The notes below the pieces were generated by a model that worked only from the letters and a program-made list of their open reading frames with translations, had not been told where the DNA came from and made no database searches. The position numbers and the translations under genes were made by a program. Shown in pieces: positions 34,919 through 49,800 of a stretch of 64,000 nucleotides of DNA (position 1 is the stretch's first letter; each line of letters starts with the position of its first letter). Origin of the DNA: Catajapyx aquilonaris. Taxonomy: Eukaryota. The DNA lies in assembly GCA_000934665.2 (NCBI GenBank), contig JYFJ02000694.1, positions 1 to 64,000 of the forward strand. The letters are read 5' to 3'.

Positions 34919-37900
34919 ATGGCAGCACCTACGGAGACCAATAGCTCTTCATGGCCGCATGCCATCGAGGAATCCGGGATCGATCCTAGAATCGAGTCGA
35001 CCCTTAGAGACAACGTCAGTGGCCTGGTTGAACAGGATAGCCGCGATGAGACTTTAGCAGCTGTGGAAATCGCCACTTTGGCCATCATCCTTTTGGTGGC
35101 CATATTGGGCAACATGTTCATGGTGGTGGGCATATGGCGCCAACTTCAGTTCAGGCCCATGTCTCGGATGTACTTCTTCATGCTTCATTTAAGCGTGGCA
35201 GACCTACTCGTCGCAGTTTTCAACATTCTTCCTCAGCTGCTGTGGGACATCACTTACCGTTTCCAAGGATCCGATGCACTCTGCAGGACAGTCAAGTACT
35301 TTCAAGTCATGGTGTTGTACCTTTCTTCATATATACTTATGTTCATGGCGGTGGACCGCTACAAAGCTTTGTGCTGCGACGCCTTTTCACCATGGAACTC
35401 ACTACTGGCGGCCAAAATTATGGTTGCCTCAGCCTGGGTGATGGCCTTTGGATTTGCGACTCCTCAGGTACGTCACTTGTTGGTGCTGTGTCATTCTGTC
35501 TTCAAGGCGAGGGTGTGGGGGAAGGCGAGAGTGTGGGGGAACACCAAGGTCGAGGGGCTGCTAAATATTGAAAATGAAATATTAATATCCTGGCAGGCTA
35601 AATGGCCCACAGAGGAAATTCCCTCTAAATCCGCTTTCCCATTAATAATTCCCGCATTGCCTTTCAGCCACCCCAATAAAATTCATCTTCTCTCAAACTT
35701 GCCGTTAATTACCTCTTTTACTATTCCAGGCAGTGATATTCACATTAAAGAAGATCAGTCCAGGTGTACAGGACTGCTGGGGCACATTCGTCGAACCATG
35801 GGGGACCAAAGCATACGTGACCTGGTTTGTAATCAGCATTTTTGTGATGCCACTCTTGGTCATCTCCAGCTCTTACGGTGCCATATCATACCGTATCTGG
35901 ACGTACAACAGCGAACCACGTTGTTGGACCGCCTCCAAGTGGAAGTGGCTCGACCTTAAAAAGTGCTTATGCTGCACTCGAAAGGAGAGTGGTCGACAGT
36001 CCCCCAGTTCAGTGGAAGACAACGACGTTCTCGAACAAGCCGAAAGTTCGCCTCTACCTCAAAAGGCTACTCAATTAGAACTGGCTGGACGATTAAAGAG
36101 TAAAGTGGGATGTAATGTGAAACAAAAGAGAAAAAGTATGATCAGTGACGCGAAGATCAAGACTCTCCAACTGACTCTGGCTGTCGTCATTTGCTTCTTC
36201 GTGTGCTGGGCCCCGTTTTGTATCGCTCAACTCATTCTGGTTTATAATCCGCCCGAAGACCGTAAGTACCGCTTCAGTATGAGTTGTGTGCTGGTAAAAT
36301 ATTGAGCGTCATATTATGGCTATTTCAGCTCTGAGGGGAATCAGGCACGTAAAGGCCTGCACTTGTGCCCCCCTCAGGGCGGATATAGACTATCTTAATA
36401 TAATGCAGTGAAATTTTATCGGCGCAGTATTTTTGTCGAATTTGTAATAAAGAATTTGGGTGTTTTTTTTCCAGTTAAGGATGTCGACCCCGTGACTGTC
36501 ATTTTATTGCTGCTTGCATCTTTAAATTCATGCACTAATCCATGGATATACCTGACGTTTAGCGGTAGTCTACTTAATCAGCTAAGGGTAAGTTTCTGTC
36601 AATATATTTTGAATGCAATATGGACAAGAATAAGTTATAGGGAAACGTATGAACAAACACAGCAGTATTTAGGATGACAAAAGTTGCATTGCTATATGCA
36701 GGGAAAACCCACTCGTATGCTAATTCCCAGCTGAGTTAATAATGAGTAATTTCTCAGCATTAGTGATTTAGAATTCGTGTGTGCCGACAGTTGGAAGTGG
36801 GAGCTTGTTATGTATTCACACAGAGAGTGTTTTTGTGCCCTTGGATTTGCCGCGGTGTCGCATCGCGGCGATGTGGCTTGAAAATGAGCATGCCTGCACT
36901 TGTCATCCAAAAATTAGTATTTCACGTTTGAAATTTTGCTACAACGTAACGGCACAATATTCAGGTTCAGTTACTGACCTCTCCTTGTTATTCATTGTTG
37001 GCAACAGTGAACTCATAATTAATAGCAGGGTAAGACCCGTGCCTGAACCTGCGTCCTGGTCACTTTTTGTGTGGATTTTGTAATTGCCTTATAAATTAAT
37101 ATGACTACGACACATGACATCTACGCGTGTAGGTCTCGCCTACTATGGCTCTAGGTTCCTTTGTTAGAATAATGATGAGAAGGCCGTTGGTGGGTTTTGC
37201 ATTATAACGGAAATCCTACAGTACTTGTTCATACCCCATTACTGAGCGTGAATATGACTGAGGAGGGGCAAATTCTGGGTACGTCATGGGCCCATACTTC
37301 AAATGGAAAGCTTTCATATAATAAAACGATGTTTTCTTGGCACCGGAAAGGGACCGTCTTTCCTCCGCTAACGTCATTGCTTACTCTCTAACCCGTAGAA
37401 GTGTCAACAAAGTCAAGTTCTACCTGGATTATTCGTGACCTTGAGCTTACTGTCCCCATAATCCTCCATGACTCTAAGGAGAATAATAATTGCATAGCTT
37501 CAGCTAGTAATGCTGATTGTTTGGGCATCCAAACGCTAAATCCTAGCGATTACATTAATGTGCAGTTAACTTACGATGATTTCAAATCTTCCTGGCCGGA
37601 GACTTAAGCCGGTGGATCAATATGGCTGTCATGCATCTATAAATCGATCAACCGCAAGTTTAAAAAAAATCAGTGCGAAGTGGCTAAATCATTGTAATGG
37701 CATATATGCATATAATGTTCTGCAACGGCCATTGTGGCTAAAGGTTATAATGAAATGATATAACATAATGATATAACAAAATGTGCATGCCAATCTATTA
37801 GTTTTCAACAGCTTGTTCCCGTTCCTGCCTATAATCATTCTGAAAGTATGCTGTAGGCCCGATGTTCTATGGAGGAACCGGAAATTTGCTTTTCAGTGAA

Positions 37901-38712
37901 ATTAATGAGATAAACTCACACTAAGTTTCATTAGTTCAGCTGGAAGCTTCCTTCGTAAACTGAAGATTTGAACTTTATTACTTCAGCACTAATGTTGAAC
38001 ATCCCCGAGGGATATACCATTGTCTGGGTCAATACAACCTATCTTCTGAATCTGACACTATTGCTCCTCTTCTTCGCCTCCGGGTCAAAGCCTTTGGACG
38101 GTTCTTACTCTGACTTATTTCCAATAACTCCACTGCCACATCTCCTCCCTCTCCTATTTCACAGCGCCCAGGATCAATGATTTGTATAGACCCACCTCCT
38201 TTATTCGGCCAGACTTGTATAAATCCTCCTTGCTGTCCACTCTAATGGTCCAGACTTGAAAGGCTCTTTTTGACTAGGACGGACACGCATAGATGCCCAC
38301 GCAAGGAGTCCACTACATAATACTAGACTTGTTTTCCTTGCTGGGCTGTGATTTCCCGAAGGAAAGACATCCTAAAACTGTGTTGGGTATGCACTGCAGT
38401 GAAAATGTCAAAACCTGGAAGTTCCTGAGGATGTGTAAACAGATATATGAGAGGAAGATATTTTTCTAGAAAATTTCATTTGAGACCATATACCTGCTCC
38501 TACAGGTGTGCCTTGGTATGCGCTTGGGTCGTCCTCATAGCAACGAGAGCATTGGGGACGAACCGCCGAATAAAAAACCCGCGAAGGAGGACAAGCGCGA
38601 AAACAAGAGGTCACCTCAGCAGCAGCAAGATGGGGATGGGCTTCTTCTGGTGCCATACACACTCACTCCTCCAGGACAGAACCAACGCAGTACCAACTCG
38701 GACGTGGTGTAA
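34919..38712 (+). CDS. Oxytocin/vasopressin-family (inotocin-type) neuropeptide receptor, class A GPCR, 466 aa, 4 coding exons
   Basis: Exons 34919-35467, 35730-36261, 36475-36587, 38506-38712; GT-AG, phases 0/1/0, 1401 nt. OT/VP-receptor motifs: [98 protein letters not shown]. An acceptor near 34847 implies an upstream non-coding exon. Confidence 0.93.
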
Positions 38713-40354
38713 CATGCCACTCCCACATTGTATTTACCAGGTTCTCAGTCACCTGTATTTTACTTTTCCAAAAGATGGCCTTCGAATATCTTTCTCCAGC
38801 AGTTGTATAAAAACAAGGTCTGAAAATACTGTATCAAAACTGATTGATGCCACGAAGAATGTGAGGTCGGCCATAGGATGTCATGTTTGTGCTTTGTTGT
38901 ATGTAAATGCTCCACACCGTGTTGTCTTTTGTTGTTGTCATTGTTTAATATTGTGGAATTTATGTTTGGAGGTGTTGTTTGTGAATTTGTATAAGTTATG
39001 TACAGTATACTCTTGCAGTGGTAGTTCCGGAAGACTCTTCATGCTACGTCCCCAACGTGATGATATAATTATATATTTGAATTCCAAGCCTAAATGAAAT
39101 TAGGAACTTTATTTTTCATTACTGTATAATAATGTTTTTTGTGTGTGTAAATAGTCCATGTTTTTAATCATTAAGGAATATGTCTTCCTTATACAGGATT
39201 GCATACGCATAGGTTACTCCTAGAAAATATAATATTTCGATAAGAACAAGTACCACATTCAATCATGGTCCACGTGGAGAAGGTATGTGTCTCCTTTGAA
39301 ACATATAGGTGAATGCATTGATTTCTCCATGTACTGTCCAATTCATATGAATAAGTGTCCAATAGAAACCCCATTTTTATATTTAAATAACATTTTGTCA
39401 CGTTATGTCAAGAGATATACTGCCAATAATGTCGACATGAACACGCCACGATTTGCATTTGAATTTGTAATATATTTTGAAATGTTGGACAGATGGTATG
39501 TGCCATTTTTAAACACTCGCAATTTCATTTTACATTTCTTGTTAGCCAGATATTTTGTTTCGTCACATTTCTTTCTTCGGTTTAGTTCAGATCAATGGAA
39601 TATGTAAAGTACAGTATACTGTTTACAGTATTTACTGAGTTATCGTTTATTTTTTGTACCTTTATGTTCCCGTACTCTTTACGTCTGAAATACTCCTATT
39701 AAGGTCGTGCAATGTAAAATTTTGGCATATAAGTTAAATTTCACTATTTCATATGTGCTTATAGGTAATTATCAACTTGAACTCTGAACAGCATAAACTA
39801 TATGTCTATACGTTATGTCAGAGAACAAATATGTCACATTCAGTTGTATCCTGAGCATGTGTAATACTCTAAATTACTACATGCATGGCCGCATAGCAAG
39901 CCTATTACTGCACGTCACCCTTGATCTTATAGGAAGAGAAGAAAGGCTACTTAACTTACATGAAATCTTATCAACATGCATGACATATGATTCGTTTCTC
40001 ACCTCATGCACTCGTAGAATTTTAAAAAAGATGGTGTATGTCACAAAATCAACTCGCTGTTGGAAACGTGTCAAACTACACACACCTGTTCATTACCGGT
40101 ACCAGTTCAAATCAGAAGTATCGTACTACGTGGAGTGTCTATATACGATTTCGCCAGATCTACCAGGTCTAACGAAGCACGTTAATGTGACGTAAATAAG
40201 CACACTATTTCGGGAATTTGACAAGGGTATATATTTTACTTCAAAAAAGGATGGAGACGCGAAGCAGTGCATCAGTCACAAAGTACTGCACATTTTGTGG
40301 CCAAATGTGACCAATTGAAGGTGCTGATGCGTGCTTGAGCTGCAGTGCAATATA

Positions 40355-40660
40355 CAGGGTGTTCCAGATTCGTGGGTCACTTTTTAATTAACTAATATCG
40401 CCCGATATCAGTTATTTTTTGTAGCTTGTTGTGCCCCTAACCATGCTCTCCATTCTATAACACATGTTATAGGCCTATCGCCTATTAGACCCCCAGTGGG
40501 TCGAATATAGCTTTTGTAGCTCGTGCCCCTAACCATGTGCCCCATTCTATAACTAGTTATATAGAATGGGGCACATGGTTAGAGGCACGAGCTACAAAAA
40601 ATAACTGTTATTGGACTATATCAGTTACCAAAAAGTGACATATGAATCTGGAACACCCTG
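40355..40660. mobile_element. Tc1/mariner-type MITE with long TIRs and internal hairpin
   Basis: ta-cagggtgttccagattc...gaatctggaacaccctg-ta; inverted arms about 100 bp. An internal duplicate of the arm forms a near-perfect hairpin at about 40513-40600. Confidence 0.85.
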
Positions 40661-43600
40661 TATATTTTTGGACGGCGCGGCGCGGCGCGGAGTTGTCATT
40701 ATTCTTTATATGACATGGATACTTAACGTTAGATTCCGCCATCCTAACTGGTTGATGCCTAAGGTAAGCTTCTGCAAGGATAATTATATTATTGTACTGT
40801 ACTGTACCTACCACTGAATAGTAACTGAGATGAAACACTTTTACAGACATGTAGCATCTTTGAAAATGGTAGATGCTCTAGTATAGCCTACCGGTCATTT
40901 ACGATTTACAATATATAAATGGACCATTTTGGTGTTGAGTATCAGAACATATTATGAAGGCGTGATGATTGTGTTTCATTAGAGGATTAGACGTTATTTT
41001 TTGATAAAATTTAACATCCAAATATCTGTGAATGTAATATTTGGTAAGTGAGCCTTGTGGTTATGGTTCTTTACAGACCCAGGGTCCAACCGCATGGCTG
41101 ATTGCCTAGGATTGCCTGATTATCTGATTGTCTAGTCTAGGATATCTAGGATGTCTAGGATGTAGCTAGTTTTTGATTGTACCAGTTCAGTACTTCCTCC
41201 TTAATAATTAATTTCCGTTTATATGCATCCTTGTTCATAAGAGCAGTATAGTGACATACAGCGTGGGCAAGAGCGATAATGCCACTTTTACATCCTTCAT
41301 CCCCAGGATATTGGGGTTTGTATGCAGTTTTGTTTGACATGCATTAATTTTATATTTATGAGTTAATTTTTGCATCTTGTACTGTACGACAGGATCTTCC
41401 CATCTCTATGCCCTGCATTATGCATGATGCTATTTGGAAATTGTTATAATGATGTCCTTTTTTACCTGTTTATTTAATGGTGCTTTATCTATAGATTTTC
41501 TTGGTGATATAGGGTAACGTTGTTATGCTCTTGAAGTCACGACATGTTTACAGCGAAAGGCCGTTTAGTGGATCATATTTTCCATATGGAATCAAGTAAA
41601 TGTGAGAACAAATGCCTTATTTCATGCCCGAACACCTCTGCAGTTCCGAGTGTACGCCTTTGACTTACGTCTTACCGGTAATTATGATTTTCATGGGGGC
41701 ATGACGTCTTACAGCAGTACAACTGAGAAACTGCCTTTTGCTAGAACTTTAACTAGACAGCAAATTAATTAATGACGTGAAAGGTTTTTGGTCAGAGTCG
41801 GTCAGAGTGAAATGCAACGAAGCTATAATTATGTAGAAACTAAACGACGTGTAACTTGGTATAAGGGGGCCTTCATAATATTTCATAGAAAATATTAGTT
41901 ACGTTTCAGGCCTAAATGAAAAGTTACGATACGTTACCCAGTTTGTCAGGACATTATCCACGCCAACTTGTGAGCTTCCTATTACTCGTATTCACCCCCG
42001 CCCTACCCTCCCCTCCCTTTCCCTTTTGTAAGATGTGGGTCAATATTATTTTGCTCCAGTGCGAGGTAACGAGAGTTGTTATTTTCCAACCATGATTTCT
42101 TTCCTGCATTCTCTTAATACGTTGAGTAAAGCAACGTTTCAACATAAAGCAAGATAATAATTACTGCACTGGGTCAGCATGTTATATGATGCCTTTACCG
42201 AATATTGATCCATTTGTACAATTATTTCTACAGATACTGACGTGAGCTAATAATAAACAACAGGGTACCTTGTCGTTATTATTTTTAACTTACTTAGCAC
42301 AAGCCACTTGCATCGAAATTATGCGAAGAGTGGTGTTATAGTCTATTATCGATTATTTATATATTCAGCCAAGTAAGTATTTATTTTCACAAACAGCATT
42401 TTACTTCCAAGTGCATAATTCCTTTGTTGATAAGCTATGTGTATGTATACAGGTATACTGTAGAAGTAAGAATATATGATTATTTACTCTAAGCTGTATT
42501 ATGATCACACATACACACATCGCACTTGTACAAAAGTACATAGTATTCATATTGAATGCTTCATCAAAAATAAGGGACCATGAAGTGTAATTTTAAGGAA
42601 GATGATAATATAACAAGGGCTATCAGAACTATTTAAAAAATAAAAATACTGGAGGAGTAATAATCATGTACTGTACATTCTCATATTTACAGGTTTCACA
42701 CATAATTATGAAAGTTATAGTCCGTAATCCTTTCTCAATATTGGTTACAAAAAAGTTTAAAAGCATTGCAAAAAAAATAAATGGACTAGTAAATACCACG
42801 TTAGATTCATAATATCCGAATGGTGAGCCAAACGATACATTATAGTCCCACGGTGATTAGTCCTAAAGCGACACCACCCAGCGCTGAAAATAATTAAGAC
42901 GACTGTGGCACCTGTTCCACTACTCGACTACTTGTCTCGTACATGTGAATTAAAATTGTCACTGTTTCAGGCGGAGAATTCTTTTTGACAGACAGTGGAG
43001 GACACTGTATATCTGACGTCTTGTCCCATGCACCTGGACACAGCATATCGATTTCGTACATACACACATATACATTCACACAGAAGCTTACACAAATTAG
43101 AAGCATTTAAATTAAGCACGATATATTCTGACAGCGTTATTCAGACATATATGACCTTATGTGCTGTCGCTATAATATCACTTTCGTAACATAATTATGC
43201 ACAAGAAATTAATATAAACTGTGGACAACTTACCCTTTACATAAAATTGACATAAACTCGATAAATTCGACTTTCTGGGCCGTTCTGGACAAATTACTTT
43301 TTTGAAATTAATCCTTGAATTGCCAGTTAAATCGTCATTTGGACCAGTTTTAAAAACTGAAAATATATTACGACTCCTCTTCCTCTAAAAGAGCATTTCA
43401 CGCATGTGCACCTTGTGAGTACTGTATGAGATGGCTGCTGCATGTCTCTCCCTGAAATATTATTACTCCGACGGAGCTGCGTTTCCACTAGCATGATTAT
43501 ATCCTTGGACCTTGGACCATATAGAATTTGTGGACATCTTCTGCAATGTCATGTACAGTATATATGTATATGACATGTGGTGTAGAAAGTAAAAATACTT

Positions 43601-45639
43601 CTGACATTTACAGTTTCTTGACAGTCAAATACTAGTCCAGTTGAGAAAAAAAGGTTGAAAATTTTATCTCGTGAACTACTTATCAAAAAAATGTAGGAAT
43701 ATTAGAAGACAATTTTGTGACGGCACAGTCATCTTTGGGGTATGTTCTTTAACCGGAAAAATTATGTTTTTAAAAATATTGGCTCACGTTGGTAGATTGA
43801 TGTGTGGAAAGATGATGAATATTTTGGAACTTGTTTCATCTACAATGAGGTGATCGCGAGTCATTAGTACAAAAGTTGTTTCATTTTCAAATAAAGTAGT
43901 GTATTAATTTAATAAATTTTCACCTATCTAGTAATTAAGAGCCTGAAGACCACTGTTATGTAATATATGTGCATGTTAAGATTTGTAGCAGTGACAGTTT
44001 GTTGAATGTACCAATATTGTCAATTGGGGTGAACTTTTTGCCATTAAAGTGGGAACAATAACAAAGGGTGGAATTTTCGTCACACGGATAGTTCCTGCTA
44101 ACTTAGCATTACACTGTACTGCTAAGTTAGCAGGAACTAGTAGTGAGACGAAAATTAAACCCAAATTCATCGCTTTTATTTTATAATCTGTACTCTTAGA
44201 ACGAATAAAACAATCCAATGACCATTAAATCATGCGCATGCCTATAGATCCTATATTCTCTACCCATAAACGTGAAACGATGTGCAAATTTCTCAGCACG
44301 TCCGAAAGGCAAATAGGAACCGTTGTAGAAAGAAACCCATATATTCCCCCGCGAAACCCCACCCGGCAATTTTCCCATTAAATCTTCTTTCAAGCAACGG
44401 GAAACTCAGCCTTGGGGAAGGAAGCTCAAATACGCTGGCTTTATGTGGACTAGCGTTTTTTAGAGATACGTTTTGCACTGCACGGTACAAACCGCAATCC
44501 TTTCCACTCCGATTCCGATCTTTCGTCGAGCTAAATTATTTGCAAAGGAATATTTTACGGTCACATGGATATGCTCGAAAAATGTTTTTGCTGAGTGAAA
44601 AGGACAATGTTGGAAATTGTGATACGTTTTTGCAGAGTTTATAGGGTAGTGAAATTGTCTCAATAAAATTGTGTTATTGCCATGATTGATCGATAACACA
44701 TTTTTCCACGTTCTAGTGCTGATGTCACTCTTCTCCATTTTTTCAATCTGTGGCTGGATTATTCCCCCTTTCCGCTATCTCGTTCGTTCCTAGGTGATCA
44801 TTCTTCTTCCGACTTACACCCACCGACTCACCCGGAGCCAGATAACCACCCGTGCATTACCTCAAGGAAAGGCATCGGGACCGTAGCTGATGAGTTTTAT
44901 GCAACAACCAGAAAGTAATTCTATCACTGATCATTCGGTACTTGAATCAAGCAATTAATTTCAGAGTACCGTCATTGTAACTAATTCAGACGTAACTAAA
45001 TTAAATCTAGAAGACAATTGGATAAATGAATAAATTACGATCAGACCTACAATATTATCGTGCCAGATTCAACAACACTCATGCGAAAATACCTAACACG
45101 AAATGAACATCTATCAAGCTCAATTGCACAGGGATATTGTAGGGCTTATACATTTTTATATCAGGAATACCAATGTTCCGCACAGTTTGCACGCTAATAT
45201 CAATATCATAGCCACTGCAAATATTGTCGCAAGTCCTGTGTAATATGGGCGCGATATGCACAGTTTGAAATCAAACGCATCGACACACAAAAACAACAAA
45301 ATTAATACAAATTAATGACACAAAAATAATACAAACACACTGTCAACCTTTACATTATGCATAAACACCCAGTAATAAATTCAACAATTATCATACATAC
45401 TCTCACTGCACTAATCTATAGCATTTTATAAAACCTACTTTCATCCAACCTTGCTTGGAATTTTTCCATCTCACTTCCCTTTCATCGCATAAGAATATTA
45501 TCGCACACCTTGCAACTTCCCCAGGTTGTTTTTCCATCATCAATTTTTTTTCTTCTTCTTCTTTCTTCTCCACCTTCCAGCCCATCCCATGCATTCCAGT
45601 TAGTCTTGAGTATTCCATCCAGTAAAAGTTGGGGCAAGT

Positions 45640-45885
45640 TCTCCAACCAATAGGGATGCAGGTGAGGGCTTGACTTTTAATGAGCGGTCCCGCTAGCATT
45701 GCGAGGTTTTCGGCGGGATTTCTTTTCCCTGGCCAGAAGAGGTTTGTTGCCGACAGGAGGAGGATGGTTCATATAAGGACATAGTGGTAGTCACTCAGAG
45801 GACTGGCGTTTCCATTGCTTTCTGTCATACTTCCCTGGTTTGATTCAGCCTGGAAGTGAGTGCATCGTAAGCAGCTGAAAGGTGA
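45640..45885 (+). promoter_or_regulatory. Candidate promoter and short non-coding first exon
   Basis: CCAAT near 45647, TATAAG at 45772, then strong donors GTGAGT (45856) and AG|GTGAGC (45882). Could be a distal first exon of the EB-repeat gene. Confidence 0.3.
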
Positions 45886-46547
45886 GCATCTTTTCCATTT
45901 TCGGTGCACTGTAAAGCGCCTGTGGCTATTTACACAGAAGAATAGTTTTTTGAAAGTGATTTACCATATTTCCTAGATTTTTAAATATTAAAACAGCTTG
46001 AGGTGAAAGGGGAGGATTGCTTCACTTTGTAAACTGAAAACTAGGAAGGTTTAAAAAAATAACAAACGTAATTCTGTTCAGCAATGTATCCTTGAGCACT
46101 ACGCATGAATATGGTTTGCTTCTACAGTGAAAAGTTCAGCAAACAAAAAAGCAATTTATTTTTAATCCGCCGTAAATTTTTTATTATGTACAATATATTT
46201 CTTATAATAATTTATCCATAGCCCGTACATATGACGCCAGTATGATATCACGGATGTAGAATACCATCCGGCTGAGTAGCATGTGATATTTTGTCGCAAA
46301 AGGACATTATTCCTATTACAAAATATTTAGTGGAAGTCATTCGTAATAATAGCAGATGAAAAAGTGACTCGTTTTTGTTTTATAGATATGGGTTTTGGGG
46401 TTTTACAAAAATCTGCATGACAAAGTTTCTAATTAGCAATGTTTCCACTTTACAATCACGACAGAAGGAGCAAGGAAAGTTGAAGGATTAAAAATTTAAT
46501 TCTTCAATCAAGATTGCGACTAAATATTCGAGATGGAAATTGCAACT

Positions 46548-46825
46548 ATAAATGGGATATCTTCGGGATGGGATAAATGCCTTAATTGATCTACACATAT
46601 ACGGTATTTGTCACTGTCAGTAGGGGTTATACACTTATACGTAACCCTGAAGGTAGGTAGTATTGTAATTTATTTTAAATAATCATGTATATGAACTGAT
46701 ACATGTCTTGATGCTGGTTCACACGGAATTTTCCAAATTTGGCGCGTCCTGTCAGCAATCAACAATCCGATTGGATTTTTGAGGTATTTGGATTTCGGAA
46801 TTTCATAAAAGGAGATTCTCAATAA
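46548..46825. mobile_element. Decayed copy of the Tigger-type MITE
   Basis: Shares gggataaatgcct, ttttaaataat, gcgtc(a/c)tgtcagca and atttcgga...gattctc blocks with 30507-30832. Confidence 0.55.
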
Positions 46826-49800
46826 CACCCACTATAAATATCGGCATATTGAAGAAAAAGCGATCTGGAACAGATACTTTACGGTTGTGGCGCTATAAGG
46901 CATCGATAGCCATCCAAAATTTGGACAAAAAAGTTCTAAATGGAAATTCTGTCAATTCTAATCCACTAAACTGTCCACTACTAAGGTCCATATCTGGCAG
47001 GGTATGGCCCAATATGACGTACAGTATATGATTATGTGTCACTGTGCCACTTTCGTAGAAATAGTGCAGGTCAGCATTGTTCTCCGTGCCACTCGTGCTG
47101 TCTATTAAAGACGACTAAACAAAAAACCGATAAATCATGGCGATTTGGCAGGTGTCTATTTGAACTACTAATAGAGTCACTGTGATGCGATTATGATTAA
47201 TACCAAATCAGTCTTTCTCTTGCTGCCTTTTGATTTGGACGAAATCCACTGAATATTCTGCTCGAGCATACTGATGCATACCAAACGATGTCAGTGCGTT
47301 CATTCATAGTGAGTGTAACATTATTGAGTTCATATTTATGCGGATGCCAGTCTTCATTTCTTGAAGAGCTTAGCAAAAGTATTAAGTTAATTCCTTATAT
47401 CATTGATTCATGACAAATTGAATCACCTATCCAAGCGCCGAATTACGTTAAATTTCCGATTGGGAATGTCCCATCGAAACAGATAGAATCGATCGTCAAT
47501 TATAGATGAGTTTTAGGTCTGACACTTTTGAGGCATTTAGAAGGATGTGCTCACATAATCTACTACAGTAATATATCAACAGATAATAATTCTGATATCC
47601 ATTAACATGTGCAAGAATTCTTGAAACACATTATTTCTTAGTACCAAGTAACTCTACGCACATTTGATATGTAACTGCACTGTATATTAGACGAGGAATT
47701 TTCGAATATTTTTTCGTGCAAATTGTTAAAAAGCAGATGCCATCATGTTTCAGAATCCATCACCACCATTGCACCCAACATGCTGTTGGCGAATATGTCA
47801 TATATTCTCTCAAATGGTACACGCTCTACTTAATGAACACGAAAATGTCAAGCTTACAAACACAGTATTTCAGTATTTTGACTGGTTGAATACTGTATAA
47901 TAATGACGCTTATGCCGCAAGTTACAAACACATTTTAGTTATGACAATTTCAGATCAATTATCACAAACTTGGTCACAAAGCATCGCAGGAAGATGCGAA
48001 TAATTCATTAAACGCGGTATTAATAAATGCATGCATACTGTACAGCACAAATATTTTAGAATCACTATGAACAATTATTTTAATTATAGCATTGATAACC
48101 AGAAACCGTACATGATTTTAGACCTGCAATAATTATCGACAAAACTACAATTTCCAAACCTTCAATCACCAGCATCAAATCAGGAGTGTTTTGGCCAAAA
48201 AGTTGAGTACGCCAGGCTTCAATTACAGCAAAAACTATTTTCCAATAATCCATTAAAAATCGTCAGCTAGTACTGGAAAAATAACAGACACTGTTTTTCG
48301 CACTGCGTATGGGCAGTCAACAGCGTTTGATACTATGAACTTCGCTTGAAGGTTAAAATCATCGACCAATAAAATTTGTGCAGACATATGGCCAACTGGT
48401 TCAACCCAAAATGACAGGGCAATATTGGATTCGTTTATAAAAAGTGAGTGTTGCTGTCAATATATTACGTACCCAGCATACGAGGTTCTGCATGAATATT
48501 GCGTGCGAGCGTGCCACACGTATATGGACAAGTTGTAACGGAAATGTGAATCATTTCAGGAGGTTTTAGTTACGTACTGAAAGAAGCGCCAGCATTGTTA
48601 TTAATGAGATAAGTTTGCACCCAAACCTCTGAATAAATGCTTCCGTGCATATATGACGAGAGAAATTGAACCACTCCCAGTAGCATTGTGTCCTCAAGCC
48701 CACATCATATCACTTGTTAGCTGTATAACAGGTGTAAATTAGTGTGCGGCAAGCAGACCTAATTAAGCAGCATGCCTGCCGGGAATATAGTGAAGAGACC
48801 ACGGAGGAGCTTGTTGCTCGTCATGAGTCCGCTTTCATTATCATGTTTTGAAGGCTCAGAATGCGAATGTCTACTGAAGCGTTAAATAGCCAATTCTGCT
48901 ATTCAATTTATGACGCGTCTAAAGTTGTTTGTTAGGAAACCGCAATAGTATTTAACATTTACAGCTAAAGAAACTATGCGGTCATATCTGGTTTATTTTG
49001 CCAGTTCTTGCTGCTTGCCTGGTTTCTTCCAACCTTGGCGATAACGTCGTAACGCAAAGTCATCAAGGAAAAAGACCTGAGGCATGGCTTCAAATACACG
49101 TGCTCACCCAAAGCAATCTGCACCATCGGAATCTTTTGTCCCAGAAACAATCTAGGAAAGAACGCCTTGAAAACAACACGCTGCCCAAGGCTACCCCATC
49201 GTCTCCCTGACCTGCATGTTGTCATCACACAACCTTTTCTTACTTCCAATTAGGCAATCTCCTGACTTGCACGCACTTTTCTCCCCAGAGCGGATGGGTT
49301 ACACATATAAGATTACATCGGAACTTTGGGCATTTGTATATGGTAACAGTTAGGTTGCAATAGCAGACATGCATTTTGGGCAGTGCATCTCGAATGTGAG
49401 AAACTACTGAAGCGTAGCATATGGGTCTTTATGCCGTTTGCGTTCGAGTCCAGTGCCCCCCAGTCTATTCAAATCCCATCAGGTCAAGGGAATAAGATGG
49501 GACGTTTCCACCGTGGGCGAAAAGCCCGATCCCGTTACCCATGCACGAAACTACTCCGCTCGTGGCCAGTGTGCGTCCCTTTTTTTTGTTGTTTTGTTTT
49601 GAACCATTTGTTTTTGTTTGGCCACACTCGATGTTTGATTGTGCACGAAACGTATGACCAATCGTTAGGAATAGTGTATTGCGGTCGAGTTACGCTACAC
49701 ATGGGGAAATGTTGCGGATGGGAAGAGGGCAAGAAGAGATGGGAGCTCCCTAAACCATGAAGACACATTTTTATGCCCCTTCGACCCTGGTTCGTTGAAC

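Noticed and set aside
34919..35959. 346-aa single-exon reading of the GPCR ORF
   Set aside because: After FATPQ the ORF runs through intron 35468-35729. Receptor homology resumes in another frame at the acceptor at 35730.
38447..39097. 216-aa plus-strand ORF
   Set aside because: It overlaps the true last GPCR exon in another frame and continues into AT-rich UTR, with no recognisable domain.
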